Below are positions 41,872-50,769 of a stretch of 64,000 nt of DNA, one piece after another. Under the pieces are notes generated by a model that saw only the letters and a list, made by a program, of their open reading frames with translations, did no database searches and had not been told where the DNA came from. The position numbers were made by a program, and so were the translations under genes. Numbering within the stretch: the stretch's first letter is position 1; each line of letters starts with the position of its first letter. Source of the stretch: a virus; IMG/VR virus record IMGVR_UViG_3300029305_000264, positions 32,001 to 96,000 of that record; one strand, 5' to 3'.

Positions 41872-41908
41872 AACACAGAATATAGTGGTGAAAGCGAGGT
41901 GAACTACA

Positions 41909-42112
41909 ATGAATAGTGCTTTATTAAGAAGTATCATGGTTTTACATGGTGACACGAACAAGGATCTTGCAGACTTTCTTAAAATATCAGAAGTCAGTGT
42001 TTCCAATAAAATCAATGAAAACGGAACTGAATTCAAGCAGGGAGAGATTGCAAAGATCAAAGAGAAGTACGGTCTTACAATGGAGCAGGTGGAAAGTATT
42101 TTTTTTGCGTAA
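41909..42112 (+). CDS. Cro-like HTH protein
   Basis: 67 aa with HTH DLADFLKISEVSVSNKINE. Confidence 0.7.
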   Translation: MNSALLRSIMVLHGDTNKDLADFLKISEVSVSNKINENGTEFKQGEIAKIKEKYGLTMEQVESIFFA

Positions 42113-42114
42113 AG

Positions 42115-42131
42115 GTGTCTAATTTAGACAC
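42115..42131. promoter_or_regulatory. Second operator palindrome GTGTCT-N5-AGACAC
   Basis: Lies just after the cro stop, the same architecture as 2475-2502 in prophage 1. Confidence 0.5.
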
Positions 42132-42151
42132 AAGAAAGATGGAGTGGTGAT

Positions 42152-42310
42152 ATGGCAGTAATAAACATCAGGAAAGATGGAACAGTCGTTGAAGACATGT
42201 CAGATGTAATTATTCCAAAAGATATCATTGAACAAATCATGAAAATTGCAGAAAGGCAGGCAAGAGAAGATGGCAATGACACTCGAAGAAGCAGTAAAAG
42301 CGTATCTTGA
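42152..42310 (+). CDS. Small hypothetical protein (52 aa)
   Basis: MAVINIRKDGTVVEDMSDVIIPKDIIEQIMKIA. Counterpart of 2521-2685. Confidence 0.4.
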   Translation: MAVINIRKDGTVVEDMSDVIIPKDIIEQIMKIAERQAREDGNDTRRSSKSVS

Positions 42311-42380
42311 AGGTTGGGAAGTCATCGTGAATGATGGAAAGGTTGCCGGGATTGTAAGAAGAAAGGAGAAAAACGCATGA
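42270..42380 (+). CDS. Small hypothetical protein (36 aa)
   Basis: MAMTLEEAVKAYLEGWEVIVNDGKVAG. Counterpart of 2642-2791. Confidence 0.35.
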   Translation: MAMTLEEAVKAYLEGWEVIVNDGKVAGIVRRKEKNA

Positions 42381-42550
42381 AGAAATTATTTTGGATTGTT
42401 TCAGCAGTTGGCCTTATTTCATTGATGATCGGTGCTGCCGGGATGGACAGTGCATCATTGAAGGTTCCGGTTGTGATGGTGGTTGTTGGTGCGGTCCTTC
42501 TGCTGATCGGTGGGAAGGGGTTGGAACACTATGAACAGTTCGATTCTTGA
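42377..42550 (+). CDS. 57-aa two-TM membrane mini-protein
   Basis: ATGA overlap. MKKLFWIVSAVGLISLMIGAAG...VVMVVVGAVLLLIGG. Confidence 0.35.
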   Translation: MKKLFWIVSAVGLISLMIGAAGMDSASLKVPVVMVVVGAVLLLIGGKGLEHYEQFDS

Positions 42551-42728
42551 TAACTATCTTTGTTTTGCTAGGCATGATGCAGAGCAGGAAGCTTTGTTGG
42601 ACAAGCTGCCAAGGTGCTGCGAATGTGATCAACCGATCCAACAGGAAGATGCAGTGTATATCAATGATGAATGGATCTGTGATGACTGTCTTTCTTCGTA
42701 TCGAAGGGAAGTGAATCCGTATGAATAA
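42531..42728 (+). CDS. Small zinc-ribbon protein
   Basis: ARHDAEQEALLDKLPRCCECDQ...CDDC. Homologue of 2791-2985. Confidence 0.5.
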   Translation: MNSSILDNYLCFARHDAEQEALLDKLPRCCECDQPIQQEDAVYINDEWICDDCLSSYRREVNPYE

Positions 42729-43794
42729 ACATCAGCCGTGGGATTTGGCACAGATGCAAAGTCTTCCATTAGAAGCAAAGATCAGAATGACACAACAGCG
42801 GATCCGGATATGGTATGAACATTGGGATGGACAGGTTTATGTCAGCTTCTCCGGTGGCAAGGATTCAACGGTTCTGAAGCACATTGTTGATGGAATGTAT
42901 TCGGATGTTCCTGCGGTATTTGTAAACACCGGACTTGAATATCCGGAGATTCAGAAGTTTGCAAAGGATATTCAATCAGGGAAATATGATTGCTTCAATT
43001 CGGATGTTGAGATTATCAGACCGGAAATGCGATTTGATGAAGTGGTGAAAAAGTATGGTTATCCTGTTGTCAATAAGAATGTGGCACATATCATTGGAGT
43101 TGTGCAAAGGCAAGGGAAAGATTGTAAGACATACGGATATTTGCAGGGAGCAATTAAAAACGAAGAAGGAAAACCTTCAATATTCAACTGTGAAAAGTGG
43201 GAATTTCTTGTTGATAGCGGAATACCTATTTCATCAAACTGTTGTGATGTTATGAAGAAAAAACCATTAAAACAGTATCAAAAAGAAACAGGAAGAAAAG
43301 CAATTGTTGGAACGCTTGCAAGTGAAAGTCTACAAAGAAGAAACAACTGGATAAAAAATGGTTGCAATGCTTTTAATTCAAAAGAACCAAAATCACAGCC
43401 TTTGTCATTTTGGACTGAACAGGATATTTTGCACTATTTCAAAAAATACGAAATTCCATATTGTTCTGTATACGGTGACATTGTGATTGATGAAAAGGTG
43501 GATGGTGACAACATTCTTGAAGGTCAGATGAACATGATTGATTATCTTGGATGCCACACACAGGAAGACAGGTTGAAAACCACAGGTTGCGACAGAACTG
43601 GATGCATCTTCTGCATGTTTGGATGTCACTTGGAGAAGGAACCGAATAGATTCCAAAGGCTGAAAGAAACACATCCCCGGCAATATGAATATTGCATCAA
43701 TGGTGGTGAAATGGTGGATGGTAAATGGCAGCCATCGAAAGAAGGCCTTGGACTTGGTAAAGTCCTTGATTATATCGGTGTTCCTTATGAATAG
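42721..43794 (+). CDS. PAPS-reductase-family PP-loop protein (DndC/IbrA-like) with C-terminal Cys cluster
   Basis: 357 aa. PP-loop VSFSGGKDS. Cys motifs NCCDVMKKKP and CDRTGCIFCMFGC. Confidence 0.7.
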   Translation: MNKHQPWDLAQMQSLPLEAKIRMTQQRIRIWYEHWDGQVYVSFSGGKDSTVLKHIVDGMYSDVPAVFVNTGLEYPEIQKFAKDIQSGKYDCFNSDVEIIRPEMRFDEVVKKYGYPVVNKNVAHIIGVVQRQGKDCKTYGYLQGAIKNEEGKPSIFNCEKWEFLVDSGIPISSNCCDVMKKKPLKQYQKETGRKAIVGTLASESLQRRNNWIKNGCNAFNSKEPKSQPLSFWTEQDILHYFKKYEIPYCSVYGDIVIDEKVDGDNILEGQMNMIDYLGCHTQEDRLKTTGCDRTGCIFCMFGCHLEKEPNRFQRLKETHPRQYEYCINGGEMVDGKWQPSKEGLGLGKVLDYIGVPYE

Positions 43795-43805
43795 GTGGTG
43801 TCAGC

Positions 43806-44453
43806 ATGGTTGAAATGATTGTATTGAAAGACCGGGAAGAATGGTTAAAGAACAGGGATCGGATTGGTGGATCTGATGCTTCTGCAATCATTGGGATGAA
43901 TCCATACCGGACAAACATTGAATTGTGGCAGATAAAAACCGGGCAATTGGTTCCGGAAGATATTTCTGAACAACCTTATGTGAAGTATGGCACAAACGCA
44001 GAACAGCATCTTCGGGAACTGTTCAAATTGGATTTCCCGGAATATCAGGTTTTCTATGAGGAAAACAACATGTGGCTGAATGACAGATTTCCATTCGCAC
44101 ATGCTTCCTTGGATGGATGGTTGATTGATCAGGATGGAAGGAAAGGCATTTGGGAATGTAAAACAACCAACATACTGCAATCCATGCAGAAGGAAAAGTG
44201 GAATCACAGGATCCCGGATAACTACTACATACAGTTGCTGCATTATTTCATGGTGACAGAATTTGATTTTGCGGTCCTGAAGGCACAGTTGAAGTCGGAA
44301 TTCAATGGTGAAATCTATTTGCAAACGAAGCATTACAAGATCGAAAGAACAGAGGTTGAAGAAGATATTAAGTTTTTGGAATCTTCAGAAAGAAAGTTTT
44401 GGAAGCAGGTTCAGGACCGGAAAAGGCCTGATCTGATTCTTCCGGGAATATAA
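43806..44453 (+). CDS. YqaJ-like (lambda Exo-type) exonuclease
   Basis: W...R...IGGSDASAIIGMNPY.T...LW..KTG ... ASLDG...D....GIWECKTT. Confidence 0.75.
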   Translation: MVEMIVLKDREEWLKNRDRIGGSDASAIIGMNPYRTNIELWQIKTGQLVPEDISEQPYVKYGTNAEQHLRELFKLDFPEYQVFYEENNMWLNDRFPFAHASLDGWLIDQDGRKGIWECKTTNILQSMQKEKWNHRIPDNYYIQLLHYFMVTEFDFAVLKAQLKSEFNGEIYLQTKHYKIERTEVEEDIKFLESSERKFWKQVQDRKRPDLILPGI

Positions 44454-44467
44454 GAAAGGAGTGTGAC

Positions 44468-44992
44468 ATGCCAAAACTGATTGATTTGACCGGGCAAAGG
44501 ATTGGAAGGCTGTTTGTGGTTCAAAGATGCGGATCCCAAAACGGTCATGCAACTTGGTTGTGCAGGTGTGATTGCGGAAACGAAAAAATCATAAGCGTTT
44601 CATCGTTAAAACAAGGAACACAAAGCTGCGGTTGCCTGTGGGTGGAAGCAATAAATAATTGGAATCAGAGTGAAGAAAAGAAAAAGGTAACAGCATCATT
44701 GAAAACAACACACGGTGGCAGGGGATCCCGGCTTTATAGAATTTGGCGAGCAATGAAAACAAGGTGCAGGAATTCAAATGTTCCTTGTTTCCGGTATTAC
44801 GGTGGCAGGGGCATCCGGGTTTGTGATGAATGGGAAGGCAGTTTTCAGGCCTTTGCAGATTGGGCAATACAGAATGGATATGATGACAATCTGACTATTG
44901 ACCGGATTGACAATGATGGAAACTATGAACCTTCCAATTGTAGGTGGGTGACAATGGCAGAACAGAACAAAAATAAAAGAAAAAGGAGTTGA
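44468..44992 (+). CDS. HNH homing endonuclease
   Basis: LTGQRIGRL.V......G...W.C.CDCG, LYRIWRAMKTRC, and TIDRIDNDGNYEPSNCRWVT..EQ..N. Confidence 0.7.
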   Translation: MPKLIDLTGQRIGRLFVVQRCGSQNGHATWLCRCDCGNEKIISVSSLKQGTQSCGCLWVEAINNWNQSEEKKKVTASLKTTHGGRGSRLYRIWRAMKTRCRNSNVPCFRYYGGRGIRVCDEWEGSFQAFADWAIQNGYDDNLTIDRIDNDGNYEPSNCRWVTMAEQNKNKRKRS

Positions 44993-44997
44993 CGAAG

Positions 44998-45858
44998 ATG
45001 GAATTAAGAATCAAAGAAATCACGTTTCCGGAAGTGATAGATTTTAATTTTGAAGAGTTAAAGCAGGAAATCAGTGATCGTGTTGAAATGTACCGGAACT
45101 TGGTATACACGGATGATCAAATCAAACAGGCAAAGACGGACCGGGCAAATTTGAACAAATTTGTCAAGGCCCTTTCAGATGAAAGGATCAAGGTGAAGAA
45201 GCAGTGTTTGCAGGCTTATGAACCGTTTGAAGCAAAGGTGAATGAACTTTCTAAAATTGTGCAGGATTCGATTGCTGCGATTGGCACACAGATTTCCGAC
45301 TATGAGGAAAAGCAGAAGCAGGAGAAATTGGAGAAAATCAAGGCATATTGGCATGAAGTCCTTTCGGCTGACAAGGTTCCGGAAGCTGTCACATTCAATC
45401 AGATTTTCAACGAAAAGTGGCTGAATACTTCCGTTTCCCTGAAGTCCATACAGGAAGAAATGGATTCCCGGTTGGAGCAGATTGCAAAAGACCTTGCCAC
45501 ACTTTCAAATTTGCCCGAATTTGGCTTTGAAGCACAGCAGGTATATATTTCTACACTTGACATGAACAAGGCCATTGCTGAAGGTCACAGGATGTCAGAG
45601 ATAGCAAGGGCGAAGGCTGAAAGAGAAGCAGCAATGCGGAAGATCGAAGAAGAACAGAAGGCAAAGGCACAGGCTGCTGAAGCAGAACAGATTCCGGGGC
45701 AGGTGGAATTCACTGATTCAAAGTCATTTGATGCTATTGCTGAAGAAGCAAAGCCTGCAAGACAGTGGGTGAGGTTTCAGGCCTTTATGACAACGGAAGA
45801 TGCACTTGCATTGAAGGACTTTTTCAATCGCAGAAACATTGAATTCAAGGCAGTTTAG
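44998..45858 (+). CDS. DUF1351-like recombination-module protein
   Basis: Coiled-coil protein. F.EVIDFNFEELKQEI...V..Y..L.YTDDQIKQAK.DRA.LNK. Precedes recT, as in many Firmicute phages. Confidence 0.5.
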   Translation: MELRIKEITFPEVIDFNFEELKQEISDRVEMYRNLVYTDDQIKQAKTDRANLNKFVKALSDERIKVKKQCLQAYEPFEAKVNELSKIVQDSIAAIGTQISDYEEKQKQEKLEKIKAYWHEVLSADKVPEAVTFNQIFNEKWLNTSVSLKSIQEEMDSRLEQIAKDLATLSNLPEFGFEAQQVYISTLDMNKAIAEGHRMSEIARAKAEREAAMRKIEEEQKAKAQAAEAEQIPGQVEFTDSKSFDAIAEEAKPARQWVRFQAFMTTEDALALKDFFNRRNIEFKAV

Positions 45859-45878
45859 AAAGGAATAGGTGAAATGAT

Positions 45879-46739
45879 ATGGCAGTAAATAATAGTTTGG
45901 TAGCAAAGCAGAATCAGAGATTAGGCATCACAGCATATTTGACTGCTGATGCAGTGAAGAATCAGATCAACAGTGTTGTTGGCGGCAAGGATGGCACCAA
46001 GTTCATTTCTGCGGTGGTTTCCGCAGTGAATAACAATCCGGCACTTCAGGAATGCACAAATCAGTCAATTCTTTCGGCTGCACTTCTTGGACAGTCCTTG
46101 AACCTGTCACCTTCTCCGCAGTTGGGGCAGTATTACATGGTGCCTTTCAATGACAAGAACAAGGGCAAGGTGGCACAGTTTCAGCTTGGATATAAGGGTT
46201 ATATTCAGTTGGCAATCCGGTCCGGGCAGTACAAGAAATTGAATGTGCTTGCAATCAAGGAAGGTGAATTGATCCGGTTCGATCCTTTGAATGAAGAAAT
46301 CGAAGTGAAGCTGATTGATGATGAAGAAGCAAGGGAGCAGGCAGAAACCATTGGCTATTATGCAATGTTTGAATATACCAATGGATTCAAGAAGGCAATG
46401 TATTGGAGCAAGAAGAAGATGGAAGCACATGCCTTGAAGTATTCCAAGGGATATGCAGCAAAGAAGGGTTTCACCTTTTGGGAAAAGGACTTTGATGGAA
46501 TGGCCTTCAAGACAATGCTTCGGCAGCTGATCAGCAAATGGGGCATCATGTCAATTGAAATGCAGATGGCAATGGATGGTGACATGTCTGTGATCAATGA
46601 GGATGGCACAAAGACCTATGTTGAAAATGATGATTCCATCATTGAAGCACAGGTGACTGAAATTGATCAGGAAGAATCGGTTCCGGAAGCACCTTCTGAA
46701 GATGTAACGGATGCACAGGCTGCATTGTTCGGCAACTAG
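45879..46739 (+). CDS. recT: RecT single-strand annealing protein
   Basis: NNPALQECTNQSILSAALLGQSLNLSPSPQLGQYYMVPF...FQLGYKGYIQLAIRSGQY. Confidence 0.8.
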   Translation: MAVNNSLVAKQNQRLGITAYLTADAVKNQINSVVGGKDGTKFISAVVSAVNNNPALQECTNQSILSAALLGQSLNLSPSPQLGQYYMVPFNDKNKGKVAQFQLGYKGYIQLAIRSGQYKKLNVLAIKEGELIRFDPLNEEIEVKLIDDEEAREQAETIGYYAMFEYTNGFKKAMYWSKKKMEAHALKYSKGYAAKKGFTFWEKDFDGMAFKTMLRQLISKWGIMSIEMQMAMDGDMSVINEDGTKTYVENDDSIIEAQVTEIDQEESVPEAPSEDVTDAQAALFGN

Positions 46740-46754
46740 AAAGGGGGATGCATT

Positions 46755-47087
46755 ATGACCGGAAATGAATATCAGGTATTGGCGGCAAGAACTATCAATC
46801 ATGACCTTCAGACATGGCAGAAGGAACTTCATGCATTGCATGGAATGGTTGGTGAAATCGGGGAGATCCACAGCATTTGTCAAAAGTTATATCAGGGGCA
46901 TAGTTTCAACGAAGAACACATGAAGAAAGAAGTGGGTGATCTGCTTTGGTTCGTGGCTGAATATTGCACAGCACATGAATGGAAGCTTGAAGAAGTGATG
47001 CAGATGAACATTGACAAGCTGAAGGCAAGGTTCCCGGAAGGATTTGATGCGGAACACAGTCTGCACAGAAGGGAAGGTGACATCTAA
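46755..47087 (+). CDS. MazG-like nucleotide pyrophosphohydrolase
   Basis: YQ..A.RT....L.HALHGMVGEIGEI...KK....H.....KEVGDLLWFVAEYC. Confidence 0.6.
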   Translation: MTGNEYQVLAARTINHDLQTWQKELHALHGMVGEIGEIHSICQKLYQGHSFNEEHMKKEVGDLLWFVAEYCTAHEWKLEEVMQMNIDKLKARFPEGFDAEHSLHRREGDI

Positions 47088-47503
47088 TGAATAAATGGAC
47101 AGGCATCGGAAGATTGGTAAAGGATCCGGATGTGAGATACAGTCAGGGCGAAAAAGCCACTTGTGTTGCAAGATACACACTTGCAGTGAACAGAAGATTC
47201 AAAAGAGATAATGAACCGGAAGCGGATTTCATCAATTGTGTTGCCTTCGGAAAGCAGGGCGAATTTGCTGAAAAGTATCTTTCCAAGGGAATGAAGATTG
47301 CTGTTGTAGGAAGAATTCAGACCGGATCCTATGAAAAGGATGGTGTGAAGCACTTCACCACAGATATTGTTGTCGAAGAACATGAATTCTGCGAAAGCAA
47401 GGGAACCGGATCTGCAAGCAATGCAGCATCTGCACCACAGGTTGATCAGGATGGATTCATGAACATCCCGGATGGCATTGATGAAGAATTACCTTTCAAC
47501 TAG
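47087..47503 (+). CDS. ssb: Single-stranded DNA-binding protein
   Basis: MNKWTGIGRLVKDPDVRYSQGE..ARYTLAVNR, OB fold. Acidic tail DGIDEELPF. Confidence 0.85.
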   Translation: MNKWTGIGRLVKDPDVRYSQGEKATCVARYTLAVNRRFKRDNEPEADFINCVAFGKQGEFAEKYLSKGMKIAVVGRIQTGSYEKDGVKHFTTDIVVEEHEFCESKGTGSASNAASAPQVDQDGFMNIPDGIDEELPFN

Positions 47504-47517
47504 GGAGAAGGTGCAAC

Positions 47518-47904
47518 ATGGCTTGGAAAAGATACAGTGGCAACAAATATGGCAGCAAGAAGGTTGAAATTGATGGCATTGTCTTTGATTCCAAGAAGGA
47601 AGCAAAAAGGTTTCAGGAATTGTCCTTGCTTGAAAAAGCAGGGGCAATCCAAGGCCTGAACAGACAAGTCAAATATGTGCTGATTCCGGAGCAAAGGGAA
47701 CCTGACATCATCGGAAAAAGGGGTGGAAGGAAACCGGGGAAGCTGCTTGAAAGGGAATGTGCATATATTGCTGATTTTGTCTATTTTGATCATGGACTTG
47801 GAAAGATCATTGTGGAAGATACAAAAGGATTCCGCACCAAGGACTATATCATCAAAAGGAAATTGATGCTTTTTAGACATGGTATTCAGATAAAGGAGAT
47901 ATGA
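47518..47904 (+). CDS. DUF1064-like nuclease (putative junction resolvase)
   Basis: KYGSKKVEIDGIVFDSKKEAKRFQEL.LLEKAG.I..L.RQ ... YIADFVY....G..IVEDTKG. Confidence 0.55.
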   Translation: MAWKRYSGNKYGSKKVEIDGIVFDSKKEAKRFQELSLLEKAGAIQGLNRQVKYVLIPEQREPDIIGKRGGRKPGKLLERECAYIADFVYFDHGLGKIIVEDTKGFRTKDYIIKRKLMLFRHGIQIKEI

Positions 47905-48230
47905 GCATGGGAAGACTGAATGAATTGAAAACGACACAGGGCATTGTGCTTGAAGTCCTGAATGAACAGCCGATGGCAAGAAGCAGTGACAATTATTTGT
48001 GTTATATGGTTTATAAGATTGTAGGAAAGAAGAATGGTATTGATATAGATTCCATGTCAATGCCGACATTCTTCCTTCACATGAAGGAATATGGGTTCCC
48101 TTCAACGGAAACGATCAGAAGAACAAGACAGAAGATTCAGGCAGAGCATCCGGAACTTGCAGCTGAAGGAAATGTGGAAGCACAAAGGAATCTGAATGAA
48201 GAAGTGTTCCGGGAATACGCAAGGGGATGA
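47901..48230 (+). CDS. Conserved phage hypothetical protein
   Basis: 109 aa. ARSSDNYLCYMVY.... FPSTETIRRTRQKIQAEHPEL. Confidence 0.45.
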   Translation: MSMGRLNELKTTQGIVLEVLNEQPMARSSDNYLCYMVYKIVGKKNGIDIDSMSMPTFFLHMKEYGFPSTETIRRTRQKIQAEHPELAAEGNVEAQRNLNEEVFREYARG

Positions 48231-48234
48231 AATT

Positions 48235-49125
48235 ATGGCAGATGTGAAATGGATCAAGATCACAACAGACATTTTTGATGATGAAAAGATGCTTCTGATT
48301 GAATCATTGCCTGATGCAAATGCAATCATTGTCGTTTGGTTCAAGCTGCTTTGTTTGGCCGGGAAGATGAACAACAGTGGTGTGTTCGTGATGAATAACA
48401 GGATTGCATATACAGACAAGATGCTTTCAACGATCTTCCGGATGAAGGAATCAACAGTGCAGCTTGCATTGGAAACATTTGAACAGTTTGGAATGATTGA
48501 ATTGATTGATGGTGTGATCACTATTCCGAATTGGGGAAAGCATCAGAATTTGGACCAATTGGAAGAAAAGAAGCAGTACATGAAGGAATACATGAGGAAT
48601 TACAGAGAAAAACAGAAAAGTCTTTCATGTAAAACTAACAGTAAAACTAACAGTAAAGCTAATGTTAGCTGCCTAGAAGAAGATATAGAGAAAGAAATAG
48701 ATATAGATATAGAAATAGAGAAAGAGAAAGAAGAAAAGATCACCTGCAAGCAGGTGGTGGATCTGTATCATTCCATCTGTGTTTCATATCCATCTATCAA
48801 AACTATATCTGAAGCACGAAAGAAGGCCATAAATGCAAGATTGAAGGCATACAACCTTGATGATTTCCGGACATTATTTGAAAAGGCTGAAGCATCTTCC
48901 TTCCTGAAAGGTTCCAATGATAGAAATTGGTCAGCAAACTTCGATTGGATGATTAAGGATGCAAACATGGCAAAGATCATCGAAGGCAATTATGACAACA
49001 GAAAAGGAAGAACAGAACAGGTTCCTTCCTGGATCAAAAAGAACAGCTTCAATGACATCCCAAAGCAGGACTATGGTGATATGGATGCATTTGAAAAACA
49101 ATTGCTTGGGAATGGTGATCCCTGA
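48235..49125 (+). CDS. Phage replisome organizer
   Basis: MADVKWIKITTDIFDDEKMLLIESLPDANAIIVVWFKLLCLAGK is the classic N domain. C-terminal WSANFDWMIKDAN. Confidence 0.7.
   Translation: MADVKWIKITTDIFDDEKMLLIESLPDANAIIVVWFKLLCLAGKMNNSGVFVMNNRIAYTDKMLSTIFRMKESTVQLALETFEQFGMIELIDGVITIPNWGKHQNLDQLEEKKQYMKEYMRNYREKQKSLSCKTNSKTNSKANVSCLEEDIEKEIDIDIEIEKEKEEKITCKQVVDLYHSICVSYPSIKTISEARKKAINARLKAYNLDDFRTLFEKAEASSFLKGSNDRNWSANFDWMIKDANMAKIIEGNYDNRKGRTEQVPSWIKKNSFNDIPKQDYGDMDAFEKQLLGNGDP
48629..48738. repeat. Direct repeats plus purine/AT-rich tract (putative ori of prophage 2)
   Basis: GTAAAACTAACA twice, then GTAAAGCTAATG (12-bp period, 48629-48664). GCTAA-TG-TTAGC palindrome. GATATAGA/GAAATAGA repeats at 48681-48738. 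Confidence 0.5.
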
Positions 49126-49190
49126 CTTTGAAGAAAGAAGGGATCGCCTGAAGGCAAGATTGGCGAAAAAATATGGAAAGGGGAAAAGCA

Positions 49191-49643
49191 ATGAAAGCAA
49201 AGGACTATCTTCAGCAGGTCATTAAACTTGACAAGATGATTCAAAACAAGCTGATTGAAAAATATCAGTGGAAATCAATTGCACTGTCAACCGGATCCTG
49301 TTCTTCGGAACAGGAAAGGGTTCAGTCTTCCGGAAACAAAAGCAGAATGGAAGATGCAGTGATCAGATTGGTTGAAATGGAAGAAGAAATTGATAGATAC
49401 ATAGATGAATTGGTTGATACCAAGAAGGATGTTATCAAGACCATTGAAATGCTTCCTGTCACTGAATATGATGTTCTGCACAAGGTATACATACAGTTCA
49501 AAACACTTGATGAAGCTGCTGACATGATGGATAAATCATATTCATGGGCCACAACAGTTCATGGCCGGGCATTGAAGCATGTTCAGGAGATCTTGGAAAG
49601 GAAGGTGATGCATGATGTTTATGAAGAAATACTGCCTTCATGA
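49191..49643 (+). CDS. Sigma-70 region-4-like regulator (DUF1492-like)
   Basis: Homologue of 7977-8432. VLHKVYIQFKTLDEAADMMDKSYSWATTVHGRAL. Confidence 0.55.
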   Translation: MKAKDYLQQVIKLDKMIQNKLIEKYQWKSIALSTGSCSSEQERVQSSGNKSRMEDAVIRLVEMEEEIDRYIDELVDTKKDVIKTIEMLPVTEYDVLHKVYIQFKTLDEAADMMDKSYSWATTVHGRALKHVQEILERKVMHDVYEEILPS

Positions 49644-49747
49644 ATACACCATAATCCGTAAAAAGAAGTACCTGATCCGAAAGTGCGTGAAGTGCGGTCA
49701 CAAGATACGGTATGGAGCAGGACTGCTGTTGAGATTGGAGAGTGAAT

Positions 49748-49951
49748 ATGAAGGAAACTAGAGAAACCTTAAAGCAGAAGTACAAAGCAGGAGAAATCAC
49801 CATAAAGGAGTTTAAGAACGGACTTCAGGAGATCGAAACAAAGGACAGAGAATGTCGGGAGCAACTATTGGAGAGTTTAGATGATCCGCTGAAAGAAGGT
49901 GCTGAATGGCAGGAAGCAATGATGCGAACCTTCTTGGGTTCTAGGAAGTAA
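49748..49951 (+). CDS. Conserved small hypothetical protein
   Basis: MKETRETLKQKYKAGEITIKEFKNGLQEIETKDRE. Homologue of 10209-10382. Confidence 0.5.
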   Translation: MKETRETLKQKYKAGEITIKEFKNGLQEIETKDRECREQLLESLDDPLKEGAEWQEAMMRTFLGSRK

Positions 49952-49966
49952 GGAAAGGAGCAAGGG

Positions 49967-50176
49967 ATGAAAGAAGTCAAACATTATATTTGTGAAGTAT
50001 GCGGAACGGAATACAACGAGAAGTGGAAATGTTCTGATTGTGAAAAAGGGCATAAAAAGCCAATTGAGATTGTCAAAGCTAGTTATGTTTCTATCAGTAA
50101 TAACCAAACTGGTTATCCTATGAGAATTACTGTAAAAATGTCAGATGGAAGCGAACACACCTATAAAAGAGGGTGA
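49967..50176 (+). CDS. Zinc-ribbon protein
   Basis: 69 aa with CEVCG...CSDC. Confidence 0.45.
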   Translation: MKEVKHYICEVCGTEYNEKWKCSDCEKGHKKPIEIVKASYVSISNNQTGYPMRITVKMSDGSEHTYKRG

Positions 50177-50189
50177 GAAAGGAGCAGCC

Positions 50190-50294
50190 ATGAAGAATTT
50201 TTTTAAGGACTTTTTAAAAGAGTATGTGCCGATTGCACTGCTGCTTTCGGCTTTGTTTATGGCACTTGTGGGATTTTTGAATTTGATTGTGTAG
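50190..50294 (+). CDS. 34-aa single-TM mini-protein
   Basis: MKNFFKDFLKEYVPIALLLSALFMALVGFLNLIV. Counterpart of 11633-11728. Confidence 0.35.
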   Translation: MKNFFKDFLKEYVPIALLLSALFMALVGFLNLIV

Positions 50295-50307
50295 AAAAGG
50301 AGCAACA

Positions 50308-50769
50308 ATGAAAGAAGCGTTTGAGAAGATAAAGGAGAGGTTGGAAGAAAAGGCTGAGAAAAAAGAAATAAGCAGACGGCATATATTGCGAACCGAGGGT
50401 GACAGTAAAGACTACTGCTACTTTAACGGTATGGTTGAAGGACTTTTGGAAGCACAGAGAATCGTTTCCGAAGTCGAAGCGGAATATATCAATAAATCAA
50501 CAGAACATATCAATAAATCAAGTGATTGTTCAAGTAATTGGATTCCGGTTGAAGAACGATTGCCGGAAACAGACGATGATGTTTTGATTTATTATCAATA
50601 CAAAATTATGCAAGGTGTGAATGTCGTAGGATGGAAAGAAACGCAGGGAGTCGGATATTATTACAGTCCTTCTAATGATTGGATTTTTTATGGTGGCTTT
50701 GGTTTGGACCGTCACGCTATTGCATGGATGCCATTGCCGGAACCGTACAGAAGAAAGGAGCAGGGATGA
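50308..50769 (+). CDS. DUF551-like protein
   Basis: C-terminal WIPVEERLPETDDDVLIYY....AIAWMPLPEPY is the typical DUF551 pattern (recalled). Confidence 0.5.
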   Translation: MKEAFEKIKERLEEKAEKKEISRRHILRTEGDSKDYCYFNGMVEGLLEAQRIVSEVEAEYINKSTEHINKSSDCSSNWIPVEERLPETDDDVLIYYQYKIMQGVNVVGWKETQGVGYYYSPSNDWIFYGGFGLDRHAIAWMPLPEPYRRKEQG

